From assembly GCA_000708835.1 (NCBI GenBank), contig DF237171.1:62001-126000 (forward strand): a stretch of 64,000 nt of DNA, written 5' to 3'. Below are positions 42,101-53,782 of this stretch, piece by piece. The notes under the pieces were generated by a model that ran no database searches, was not told the DNA's origin, and saw only the letters and a list, made by a program, of their open reading frames with translations. Positions within the stretch are counted from its first letter, which is position 1. Every line of letters starts with the position of its first letter. The position numbers and the translations under genes were made by a program. The DNA is from Klebsormidium nitens. Taxonomy: Eukaryota; Plantae; Klebsormidiophyceae.

Positions 42101-43595
42101 ATCTGAACGCGGGATTTGCTGCTCGAAAGAAAATCTCAACTCTTGCTGATTTTTGGTCTTGATCAAAGCCTCAGTTTATTTGCTGTAGGTATCAAGTATA
42201 GACTTGTTTGCTTCTCAGAGGTCCAGTATTGTTTCACTGGAGGATTTTCTGTGTTGGTCCTTGATACGTACATGCAATTTGGCACCAGTGGCGAGCCGAA
42301 AACCGAGTGACGCGTCCGTTGTTGAACCTTCTTGGCCTCCTGGACTCCCTGCCAAATCCTCCGTTCTGTGCCTCACCGAACTCTTCTCGTCTGCAGCGAC
42401 AAGGCAACCAGGGCCGCGGGCGGGGGGGTCGCGGTGGCCCTCAGCAAGGCCCGCTGGGCCCAGGGGGTCGCCAGCCGCCGCAGCAGGGCCAGCGGCAGGG
42501 CCCCGGCCAGTTCCGCTACGGTCCCAACGCCCGCAACCTGCCCGGGGGGCCTGAACAGGGCCAGGGCATGCCCCCCCCGGGGCTCAACCAGCTGCCGGTC
42601 CCAATGGAGGTGCCAGGGGGCGTTGCAGGCCCGTCGGCGGAGGGGGCGGTGCCCCCCATTGCGGTGCTAGCGTCGCAGCTGGCGTCGGCGCCGCCAGAGC
42701 AGCAGAGGGCGGTGAGTGGGCGTTCTCAGTCATGCTCGATCTGCTCTGGTCTCGAGCAATAATGGCAGAATCTGTTTACATCGTTCCTTCATCCCGTGCC
42801 TTCTACCTCCCAATCATTCCGTGGTCCCATAGTGCACGACCTGCGGCTGTATCGTTATTTGACGGTGAGCCGTTTTACCTCGCTGACCGGCACCACTCCA
42901 GTCGCCCGCTTTTATTTGTTCCTCTACCTATCCCTTCCTTCCGACCACGTGAGGACGCCTTCTCAATCTTCACGCTTTCAATGCTGCCAGACACCATGAG
43001 CCCTCTGATCTGTTTCAAAACCAAGCGCGGAACTTCTTACCAATTCCGGTGTCGGTTGCACAATCTCAACGGTGGCGATAAACGGTCTGAATGTGATCCT
43101 GTCCTAAGGCAGATGCTGGGCAAGCAGCTGTACTCTCTCCTCGCTTCGTTCGAATTAGATTAAGCTTATTGCCCTCCCCCCCCTCTGTCAGATGCTGGGC
43201 GAGCAGCTGTTACCCCCTCGTCTCGCTTCTGCTTTTGTACGGGAGTTCTGTACGAGATAGTTCCGTTCTCCCCTCCCGCTGATGCTGGGCGAGCAGCTGT
43301 ACCACCCATTCTCGCTTCACTTCGTGTACCTTCTTTTAATTTCCCCTCTTTCCTCCCGCAGATGCTGGGCGAGCAGCTGTACCCGCTGGTGGACGCGCTG
43401 GAGCACGAGGCGGCCGGCAAGGTGACGGGCATGCTGCTGGAGATGGACCAGACGGAGGTGCTGCACCTCATCGAGTCGCCCGACGCGCTGCGCTCCAAGG
43501 TGCAGGAGGCCATCGAGGTGCTCAAGCTCGCGCAGCAGCAGCCGCCGGTCGACCAAATGGGGGGGCTCTCGCTCAGCGAGAACGGGTCCGCCTAG
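36149..43595 (+). CDS. PAB: Cytoplasmic polyadenylate-binding protein (4 RRM + Pro/Gln linker + MLLE/PABC), about 654 aa
   Basis: Twelve exons: 36149-36392, 37074-37192, 37595-37788, 38457-38619, 38946-39011, 39456-39614, 39813-39887, 40317-40394, 40835-40924, 41487-41714, 42397-42711, 43362-43595. Motifs [72 protein letters not shown] and [22 protein letters not shown]. Confidence 0.97.
38260..38279 (+). repeat. Exact 20-bp sequence shared by PABP intron 3 and intron 10 (second copy 41858-41877)
   Basis: cttgtcacaaagtttctaga at both positions, same orientation. Confidence 0.85.
43105..43385 (+). repeat. Four degenerate tandem copies (about 80-90 bp spacing) of the PABP last-exon acceptor plus first codons
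   Basis: (c)ag-atgctgggc(g/a)agcagctgt, with the ATG at 43113, 43192, 43282 (AG changed to TG) and 43362 (true exon). Copies 1-3 also share a downstream ctcgcttc. Confidence 0.92.
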
Positions 43596-44479
43596 GGGGG
43601 GGTGGGGGACAGAATGGGTGTGAGGCGGTGGATATGGTTTTGGGACGAGGGGGTGAGGACGGGGGTTTGGCAGCAGAAGCGAGGGGTTCCGGGATGTGGG
43701 TTGAGGCTCGGGGGAGGAGAAAGGCGGGTTGGGGTCGTTTCGGCGTAATGATTGGCGATCAGAGTGTTCTTGGGAAGAAAAGGTGGCGGAAAGGGTGTCG
43801 GTGTGATCTGGGCCCTCTTGGGGAGAGGCCGTTGGCGCCCCTCCTTCGTAGCTGTATTAGGGAAGTGCGCGGGAAGGAGCCGATCGAAAGAAGAAGTTGT
43901 CATCAATGGAGAGTTTGCTTGGTTGGGGTCCGCGTGCAACGCATGCGGTAAACGCCAGTCTGAGCAGATGGGGAAGTTTCCAGTCAGAGTATTGAGAGTC
44001 AGCTGCAGATAAGTTTGCGATGCGAGCCCAGTCAGCATTCAGCAAATTGAAGCGCGGCGAAAAGTATTGAGCAGCAAAATGGAGACTCCGCGAGTCGCTC
44101 GTTGCGGCTTGAGGGGTCGGATGTCCGATGATCCGAGGCTCAAGGAGTCGAAGTTCGAGCGAAGCTAGTAAGGCTTTTTGGGAAGAGAGCACATTGGGTA
44201 CTCCCCTCTCAAAATTAACGATGGGGGGTGAGGGAAAGGTTAAGTGGCAGTGGCTGGTCAGCCAGCCGAGCGCATCCAGAAGCAGGTTGCAAGGCCTGAG
44301 AAAGCACGTCTTTCAAAGGTTGGAATAAGTTTTCCGTCATTCTCGAGTAGCCTAGTTGTTCACGGTGTTTGGGCGGACAAAGGCGTTGGTGTACTACAGA
44401 ACCCTCACGGCACATTTTGTCTCGGCAGGCTAAGCCGTCTAAAGCATCACGGATAACTGGACGGTGTCCGAGATCTATT

Positions 44480-45700
44480 CACGGTATTGCATGCGTGGGT
44501 AAGCATTGATGAATATGTATGTTTGTGTGGGCTGCACGCGGTGTCAACTGGGCGCATGCTGAACTAACCGCATGGGCGCTTTCCCTCTTGTGCCGACCAT
44601 AAGTTGGCAGAGCATACGCTTTGATGGCATGCAGTGGCGACAGGCATTGATGCACATACTTGCTGCGGCGGCACGTATATACACCAAAATTAGCGAGCTC
44701 CTGTTTATAAAGACCTTTGGCACACGCCGAGGCTATAGCTAGCTGCACATGCATGCATGTATGTAAAAGGCGCCTAGGTATACTAGTTGGATGTACGTAT
44801 CCCAAATTACCGGCGGACTCAGCCGCCAGGTGGAGCTCGCGCGGGAGCACCCCCGAGCCATTGCGAAAGCTGCGTCGGGGGAACTGGCGGCGGTCCCAAT
44901 TCCCCCCAATGACGTGTCCGGGCTCATGACACCGAGGACATGATGAACACGATCGCGGACCTGATCTACAAAAGCTTCCGCAAGGGAAACGACAAGAAGT
45001 ACTAAGTCAAATTTTAGTGTCCACTTAGCATGGATAACAGCTACCCCGTAGCAGCATTGCAAAACATCTCATTTGCATATCATCCGATCCATGCATCCGG
45101 CACATGCTAGCTCAGTAGAGTAATTTGTTTATCTGTTTAGCATGCGTCCAGGTTACTTGCATCTACCCGGACATGACTTACAGCCGTAGCAAGCCGTAGA
45201 GTCAAAAACACCCATCCCGGCGGATTGGCCGGAGACCGTGCTCAATGGTTGAATGAGGTTAAGGGCGTTATAATAAATTGGAAGTTACCACCATTGCAGA
45301 CACTTTAGCTTTGCACATAGAAATAAATAACTTCATGTAGGAATTAATACCCATATATGTCGCGTCAGTGTCCAGTGCTATGCGATTGCAAAGTGGTGGG
45401 CGGTATGAACGTCGTCGATTATGCACATGAGCCGCTGCCCTGGAACTATCGTACAGGACGGTCACGGAGCTAACGCGTCATGAATTACACCCATGACAAC
45501 ACATTCACTTGCCAAGCTGGCAGATACAATTGGAGCTGTACGTTGCATGTTGCGGTCGGACAAAGTCTCGTATGAGCCTCCGTTGGAGCGCGCTCTGATC
45601 GAGCCTCCGTTGGAGCGCGCTCTGATCATCACCTGACATCGGATGTCAGGAAAGAGCTATCATAGTAGCGTATGCATTACGGTCACCAGTGACGGGAAAT
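44480..45700. other. Palindrome-rich intergenic tract between the convergent PABP and pathogen-related genes, containing a GC-rich coding-like island
   Basis: acatgcatgcatgt, gctatagctagc, cctaggtatactag, atgtacgtat and gcatgcg; GC-rich island at about 44810-45005. Confidence 0.5.
45574..45627. repeat. Perfect 27-bp tandem duplication
   Basis: gagcctccgttggagcgcgctctgatc twice. Confidence 0.95.
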
Positions 45701-46160
45701 AAGGTCATCCGACCGACAATCGACAGCTGTGTATGGATCAGTGATCGACGTGAGCGACTTAGTGCCACAGGATTCACATGGCGCACAAATCGTTTCACAT
45801 GCTCCACGGCCGCATTTTGTACCGTGGGGACTTTTGCGGCAATGGTCCAAAACTTTGCTCTGATCGGCCCAGCGTCGAATTCTACTGCATGCTCGCAATC
45901 CTTGCACTACAACGACGTTTGAAGGCTTTTGAAAGTCGACGTACGACCGCCAGACGCCGCAGAAACTTGCTGACCCTACCGATAAGCCTTGAACGCAGCA
46001 ATGAGCTGTGAGCAGAACTTATGAATGTTTTTTGGGCTCCGATATCATCAAGCTCAATTGCCCGGTGGGGTCGCTGCTCGGAAAAATGAACAACTTCGCC
46101 CTTTCGCAAACCCAACCAGCTCAGCTTCCGTCACGCTTGCCGAAATCCCTCTTGCCCTCG

Positions 46161-48652
46161 CTACGCCGCAACCTCCACCTTCCTCGCCGCCCCCATGAAG
46201 GGGCAGCCCCCCTCGGCCTCGCTCAGGAGCGGCGCCCCGAGCGCCACGCCGTGGGGGGGCAGCTCTCCCGGCTTTTTCATCCCCCTGATCACCTCCAAAA
46301 AGATGACCGGGTCGTAGTACACCTCAATCGTGGTCACCTTCATGTCCTCCAGCGTAACCACCGCAAACCCGGTCATGTTAACCGTCTCCCCGGTTCCCTT
46401 GTTCCCCTCATACTCGCCCGCAAACGTCGCCCAGTGGCGCCAGCTGAACGCCACTTTCGGGGGGCCGGAATATACCTCCAAAACCTCCCAGGGGAACCCC
46501 CCCGGGAAGGCTCCCCGGAAGTGCGCGTGGCTGCTCTCGAACGTCTCCGCTTCGGCGTCGTATAAATTGCGCGGGCACGCGGAGAGGAGCACGTTGTAGT
46601 TGCCCCGCGAGGCGGCCTCCTCGCCGCGGAACACGCGGCCGCCGTTGGCACTCACCGCGTACTTGGCGTGGGCGACCGTGCCCCACTGCGAGAAGGGCTT
46701 GTGGGACGCCTCCATCTCCCTGCGCGGGCGGAGCAAGGGCAGACGAAACTTACTTCGAAGTCGCTGTCTAAGTGGATTGATCGGGGGAGCATGATTCAGC
46801 CGCTGAGACAGCTGGAATTGATATGAATGCTTCCATGAAGGAGCAAAACAACGGCTGCAACAGGGCGAAAGTGCAGACTGCTTCTCAGACTGGCAAATTC
46901 GAAAGGTAGTGGCAGTGGTTCCAGCCTAAAATCGTGTCCACAAACCGGTAAGAACTGGGCAAAACCTCGAACGAAGACATATTACGTTTCAGCAAGTTTA
47001 CAAACAGCGCTCACCACGTCTTGACGAGGTTCTCGACGACCAGCTCGAGCGAGCCGGCGGGGTGGTTCTTGGTCTTCCCCCGGAAGTAGGCCAGATTGGC
47101 GATCGTGTAGTCGGGCTTGCCCTCGCGCCAGTCGATCCCCGGGGCGTCCAAATTGCCCCGGTCTGGCTCCAGCCAGCCCTTCTCGTTCTTGATGCGCTCC
47201 AACTCAGCGCGTGCGCGGGCAATGTCCTCACTGGAGGGACCGTATACCGAGGGCTTGAAGCTGGCGGCGCTTACCTGCGAGGAAGAGACCAGCCAGACGG
47301 TGAATCAGTGCGACTAGACCTGTACGTGCAAGTCTTAAGCGAAGCTACTTTTGATTGAACTGCTCCGTCAGTAGCCGACTCAGTGCGCAAAACGTACTCG
47401 GGATAGAGTCGATTACAAGGAGACTCCACAGAGGTGCGGTGGTTGGAAAAAGGAAAGCAGTGACCAAGCGTTGCTTTTGGCGGTCTTCTGTTTGGTCAGT
47501 CTGAAAATGCGACTAGATTTTGGATCTCTGTTTAAGGAGATTTGAGGTGACATTCCTTTTGACAGAACCGCCGGAAATACTCCGCTCAAGCATCATCCTT
47601 GAGGTGGCAGTGGTGAGACGGCAGACAGTCTTTCTGCTGACCGCTCAAAAAGCGTGAATACCAGCTTCGGCTTAATGGGGGCAGTCACGTCACATCTGCT
47701 TGAGGAATTATTCCTTGCTCAGGATCCACGTCTTCCGAAGAGAGATTTGCAGAGAGCGAAAAAGCCCACTATCATTGGGCAGCACAACTCAAGCCTAAGG
47801 AAACAGGAGCGGGATTTGCTGTTAACATCAGGATTCAGACACGCTACTAGATATCCTGCCTCTTCCCACAAGGTACGAATTCAGGAGCTGCGAGAGCCTG
47901 AGAGCTGCAGACTAAAACACTTTGACATAGTTGCGGAGGGAAGGCCTACAATCAAGGGTCATGAGAAGCTAATTTCCTTGTGTGTCACAATGTTTCCTTG
48001 TGGGTCATGAGCGCCCAGTAAATTTTTCTAGAGAATGATGGGCCATCCAGAAGCAGACAACTCCAAAGCAGAAGAATCAAGAGAAGCAGGAGACAAGAAA
48101 GTGTTCAAGGATTGCCCCTGCCCGGTTTGAACACTGGTGAGGGCCTGAAAGCATGTTGATTTGGACAGCATTGTCCTTCTTGCAAAGGTCTAGAGGGCTC
48201 TCTTTTTTTCAGCAGCAGCCTGCCTTTAGCTTTGGTGTTTCAAAGACGAAGGCAAGCACAAAAAGTTGCATTCTTGCAAGTCAGAGGTAAACCCAGTGGG
48301 AATGAGGTGTTGGCCTGTCAACCATAGGAGGGCACATCCACTTTGAGGGACACTTTCTCACTGTAACTATCATGAACTTCTGAGCAGTTGTACATTGAGA
48401 CTACCTTGAACGTTGAGGAACGTTCTGCAGTTAATGGAGCTCTAATCATCTCTCAGCATCACCCATGTATTCCTTCGAACCGTCCATCCTGTGATGGACA
48501 ATATCTGGACAGGGAGAGATAGTTGTTGCAGATAGTTGTTGTGTTTGCATATACTCAAGTTCGAATTCTGGTATAGGACCGTCAGAGCACACCCTCACCT
48601 GCTGCCTTTCCTGGATGTCAGAAGCAGCCAGAGCTTGCACAGTTGGCGCCAT
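46161..48652 (-). CDS. Pathogen-related protein (barley PRP family, NTF2/SnoaL-like), about 290 aa
   Basis: Exons 48652-48599 (least certain), 47274-47015, 46719-46161; in frame. Motifs WR.GKPDY, GSLELVVENLVKTWEMEASHK, GNYNVLL, TFESSH..FRGAFPGGFPWEVLEVYSGPP.VAFSWRHW, EVYYDP and C-terminal GCPF. Confidence 0.88.
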
Positions 48653-49342
48653 CAGAGGTGGTGTCTTTCTCTTTGCAAGAGTATGCTGTGCAACCTTGAA
48701 TTAGAAGCTATTGGTAGACACAATTCGGTCTCTGCGGCCTTCAAGTTCCGCCGACTTGCGGGGCTGTCTGGGAATCCCTATGCTGGCGCTGCAAGCAATG
48801 CCAAGAAAAGCAGGCAATTGAAGCGGAGGGGAGTCTTTGCTCCGCAACGGAATGTCTGCAGAGAGAAGCAGAGAACGGAAGTACCGTGGCTGCTGCAGAA
48901 TCAAGCTGCTTTCCAGTGTTTTGAAAGGACCTCTTGAGCGGACAATGAGGAGGTGACTATCTCTCAGTGTCATCAACAGTTTGTGCGGAAGAGGAGAAAG
49001 TCATCTCCTTGGACCAGGTCTCTTACTAGAGGCCGCTTCCTGCTCACGCCAATCATTGAAGTAAAGTTGACACTTTGAAACTTGTTCGTCATCAGTGTCT
49101 CTTTACTGTACGTACGGTATCCCTGCCAGCCTAATTGAAAGGCCAGGGATACGTACCGTACAGTATTAGGTAAAAGAGACACTGATGACGAACAGCCATC
49201 ATGCCGGTTGCCTGCATTCACGTTAGACGAGCCTCGAAGCCCGAGGGAGCTCTAGGTATATACCGTATTACAGCTCAAGTGACCATGGTCGGAAGTAGGA
49301 GCCCAGTTGGAGTTCACTTCGTACGAGCGGAGTCTGCTCGTC

Positions 49343-49880
49343 ATTGCACGGACACTACCCGGCACCGGCAGCTTTAATTTGGCCGGTACCGGCATTCTAC
49401 CGGCCACCCTTCGGTTCTGCCGGTTTTACCGGTCTCTCCAAAGTCCCCGCATCCTCATCACCGGGGTTGTCAACGCTCTCTCAACCAAATTACAGCCGGT
49501 ACCCGGTGGCCCACACCGGTTTTTCAGCCGGCTAGAGCCTGGCCGGCCGGCTGGGTGCCTTGGGCTAATTCGGCACCGGTTGGACCCTCCCTCCAGCCAG
49601 CTGGGTCCACACCACTGGACCACTAATATCGCCAGGACCACTCAGCGGTTCGTGGTAGGTAAACCGACAATGAACACTGTGAGCAGTGTGATTGGCGGAA
49701 CACTGCCGGATTCTTCCAACATGAACGGCTGAGCCGCGTTCACGCCGATTCAATCTAAAACCCAACTTACTTTCCGTACAGTTTCCGCACGGACCATAAT
49801 TGTCGCGCGTCATCGTAGTAAGATTGCACGGTAGAAAGGTAATCCTTGCTTCCGATAATCAGTAGTTACCCGGTAGTTAC
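49343..49880. mobile_element. CCGG-dense segment; possible subterminal region of a non-autonomous DNA transposon
   Basis: 15 CCGG in 49349-49580 (mostly accgg/gccgg) and another at 49706. Weak possible ends cactacccgg (49343) and cccggtagtt (about 49869). No TSD or transposase. Confidence 0.35.
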
Positions 49881-51212
49881 ATCCTGAAAAGACGTCAGTC
49901 ACCAAAGGGAAACGAAGGGACAAAAGATCTCCATTTGACCGGAGTGCGCAGTGCGCACTGCTGCAAAACCCTCGGAGTCGGAAAGCCCCGCCCTGAGTCG
50001 ACGCGGCCGCGCCTGCTCCTGCCCGGCACTAAATCATATGGCTACAGATGAGAACTTACAGATCGATGGTTGCACGGCAGTCCTCTTCTCCTACCGTGCA
50101 AACCACCGTACTATCAGCCGTAGCTAGTTGTGTAAGCGAACTCTGGAATTCACATACCGTCGGCTCTGAATGTTATATTGGCGGTATGTCGGATCGCATG
50201 GCGCACGGTATTGTAGGGCGGCGTGACCACACCGACTTCAAATGCAACCCAAATCGGGACGCTTGCTTGTGATAGAGTTACATGTCTCGTAATGCATCAA
50301 GCTTGCCACCTTCCGATACTGGCGCCGGGAGCAGCGCGGCCAAAACCGGCGGCTGAAAGAGGGCTGGCAATGATCCAATGATAAAACTGACTTAAGAATC
50401 CGGTTGCGCCATCGTCGCGATCATTTGGTACGATCTTGCGATGGATCAAATGAATTCGAGTTGCAGATTGAGTATATGAAAGGGTCAGTTTTCCAGCCAC
50501 TGAGACGTCCGACAGATATAGTTTCATGCTTGCAGGTTTTCTTGAAACCTTAAGCAGTCTGTACCAACAATCAGCTGCACCCTAACATTCTAACATACTT
50601 CTACACTGCCTTCAATCTGGTGAATTAGCATGCGCAATGTAACATGTACATCGAGCAAGCACATGACTTGCTAATGCTCATTGTATAGTTACTTGTCCAA
50701 TGCGCTCGAGCTTTAAATACCATGTTGATGACAAAACTGCTTCGATTGAGTTTCATATAGTTAACAAATAAGTGCACTTAGCATGCGTACTAGATTATGT
50801 CGCCGGGTCGTCACTCTGCGGTGTCTCGGTAACATGCGGTCTACCTGGAACTTTCGCATTATCTTGATTCTCTAAACTACGCATGGTTCAGATCCGAAAA
50901 AGCAGAGTCTGATAGCAGAGTGCGTACTTGTTAAGCAGTCGACGTATTTCTTATCGGTGCAGCCCATTGGTGACCTCCCGAACGGATTTAAGAGGTTCAA
51001 ATAACCTGCGTCGCGGCAAGACAGCTCCTGATAGATATAGCTAAACCCGTCAGATTCGTGGATAGCTAAAGGTCCCTCCGTGATGCTTTTGTTTATAAAG
51101 ACAATTAGTGGATGGCATAGAGTTGAGGGAAGCTGTCAAATTGAGTTTTATCACACCGCAATCAACCCCATCGTACAAGGTCAACATCCCGACACCCGTT
51201 CCCCCATCCTCC

Positions 51213-53262
51213 TTATGACGAGCTCGCTTCCGCGGAAGGAGCCGGATCCCAGCGGAACGTTCCCCAGCCCTCTAGTCTTTTGGCACCCAGTGACTCGTAA
51301 AACTTGATGCTCGGTTCGTTCCAGTCTAGGACCGCCCACTCAACGCGACCGTCAGTTAACCGCCGCAGCTCCTGGATGAGCGCCTTGCCGTAGCCGTGCT
51401 TGCGGTACTCGGGCAACACAAAGAGATCCTCCAGCCAGATGCCGGGCCTGCAGCCACAAGATAAGGAAGGTGGAGATCTCGAATGGTGTTTATCATTATC
51501 CGGGCTTTGGTAGAGGATCCGACCCTGCACGAGCGTAAAGCACGGTCTTTGGCATCCATGTGGCCAAATCTCTTCAAGGTTCGTGGCTGTGGACGGGCTA
51601 CGGTTTGCGCAGGCAGGTTACTTTTGACCGTGTCCTGAAGCAAGTGGACAGTCCTAGAGCTGTCACAAAGCTGGCTCTGCAGGCTGGCCGTCTTGCAAAA
51701 ACCAAGGACGCTTTACAAGCACTGCAGATCCTCCTCTGCAAACAGTGCATCCTACACGGAGCTGGTGGTTTCATGGCAGTCAAAAGACAGCGGCGGATGA
51801 GCCCAGTGGGCGTGCATCATCAAAGGGTCATCGAACCCCTGCTGACCTACGGTGCATCGATCTCCAGCACGGAATAAATGTTCCGGGTTGCGATGCACTT
51901 CGGCACCGGATCCCCGATCAGACAGATATTCAGCCTGAGATTCTTGAGCTGACGTACAGCGCTTGGGTCTCACCTCCCCAAGAAAGTCGAGAAGGTGGTG
52001 AAGTAGAGGGCGAAGCCCGCCACCTTGTGATCGTCCGTCTCCGCGAGCAGGACCTTGGCGGCAGGGTTGGGGCCGAAGAGGTGCTCGCGCATAACCTCTC
52101 GCTTCAACACAACCTCGTGCAACAGCTGCGGGAAAAATAACACGAACTGGTTGGATAAGTCATCCGTCATTTCGTCACCAGGCTGCTTGTGCCTGCGAGT
52201 TTTCACAGTATGAGGAATAGGAAAGCTCTTGTGTCAAGCTGAAAAGCTAGTCGCAGTAGCGAGCCACAACCAGGAAATGAACGTGGTTTTGTTGACCGGA
52301 TCGTGTTAGCGTGAGGTAGATGTAGTAAAGGATTTCTTTGTGAGACCAGATGCCCATGATCAGAAAAGGCGCAAACTGGACGATTTTCCAATTCGAAGAC
52401 TCTCCATCAACTGATCACTACAGCATTGCTCAATTCAAAGGCCTTCTGAAAGCCAGTCGCGTCGCACAATCCTAACTTTCAGCTGGAACGACGATGTCCG
52501 AGGTGAAGTTTCACGGCTCAACACGGATGCTTTGATACAAGGGGTCACGTAATCAGATTTCGTGGAGCATACCATTGCGAGACCCCTTAACCAGCCTTTT
52601 GAGCACTGGCTGCATGCCAACCGCCAGTACTGTCAGCCAAAGATTTGTAATACCTGGCGCTGCGCCCAAAGCTTATCAGGGGTGTCAGATGTTCATTCAA
52701 ACGGCTGTCTGGTTTGATAGATTGAAGTCTGTTAGTTGGAACTTCCACTGCGATCGTTTTCTGATCGCGCCAACATAAATTAGCTTGATTCTGAGGACCC
52801 AGAAAAATTCAGAGTTGCCCTTTGATATGTTTAGAGAGGTGCATGACGGCACAGACAGGGACTTGCGACTTCTGAGCTGGATAATGTGTATAACACCTTT
52901 GTTTTCACGCTCCTCATTCTTGAACCTTCCTGCTACAACATGGTCATACTGGCAAATCATCCCATGGAACATTACTTTGAGTGTTACCCAAGTGCTACGA
53001 GAGAGGCGCATTGTTTCCCTCCTCCCCAATCCTCCAGCGGCTTTAACCTTCCACTGCTGGACTGCTTTTTGTGCTCATTCTTTAGAAATCAATGTGAACC
53101 ACGCCCTTAAGGCAAAGATCAGGGATGCAAGATGACTGCAAGAGGTGCAGTGTCAGTTGCTCGCAGAGCAATGCTTCATCTCACCTTTTCATATTCTGCC
53201 AGGGCCTTTATGAGCGAGATGATGTCATCAAGATCCGCTTCAACAGCTGCACGGAGAGGCAT
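51213..53262 (-). CDS. GNAT N-acetyltransferase of the diamine/spermidine (SSAT)-NATA1-like family, 154 aa
   Basis: Exons 53262-53185 (MPLRAAVEADLDDIISLIKALAEYEK), 52125-51974, 51447-51213; in frame. Motifs GFALYFTTFSTFLGRPGIWLEDLFV, YRKHGYGKAL (acetyl-CoA motif A) and EWAVLDWNEPSIKFYESLGA. Confidence 0.92.
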
Positions 53263-53782
53263 GATGGCCCAGCTGACCAGCCAAAGAGTAGTCGGCACAC
53301 TGTAGCGGTGAGGCTCCTGGACACTCGTCTCAATTCTGAGGTGTTCCGACCTGAGCGCCGCACTTCAGACGCCGTGATCCAATTGAAGAGCTTGCAGGTT
53401 CCCCTCTTCCCCCTCTCCTCTTGCCTGTCCCGCGCGCTTTGAGTGGTCAATTATTGGGGCTCCCTTTCAGAACAAATGCCAGAGCTATGCCAGGCAACCT
53501 CCAGGCAAATTGCAATATTACGTCTGCGCCTGGGCAGGCTGGGGCCCTGCAAATTGCAATGTGCATCAACAACAATGACACGTGGTTCAGATGGTCGGCA
53601 ATGGATCATTGTATGGTCGCGTCACCGAACGACACCCTTCCTTCGAAACCGTTACCAAAGACTGGCCGGCCTTTGGGCCGCCCCGCACGCGTGACCGTAC
53701 GTCATCCTACAGGTACCGGTAGTAGCTAGCCTAGCTGCATTTGCAATGCAAGCGCTAGCTAGCTAGCACTGCATTGAATGGG

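Noticed and set aside
47269-47277. CAG|GTAAGC at the PRP exon 2 start, resembling a recursive splice site
   Set aside because: Many exons here start with GT, and using it would shift the frame; no independent support.
47654-48010. 118-aa antisense ORF in the PRP gene's first intron
   Set aside because: Starts at GTG, has no motif and has intron-like composition.
50297-50527. 76-aa ATG-initiated minus-strand ORF between the GNAT and the PRP gene
   Set aside because: No family motif, splice support or codon bias; left uncalled.
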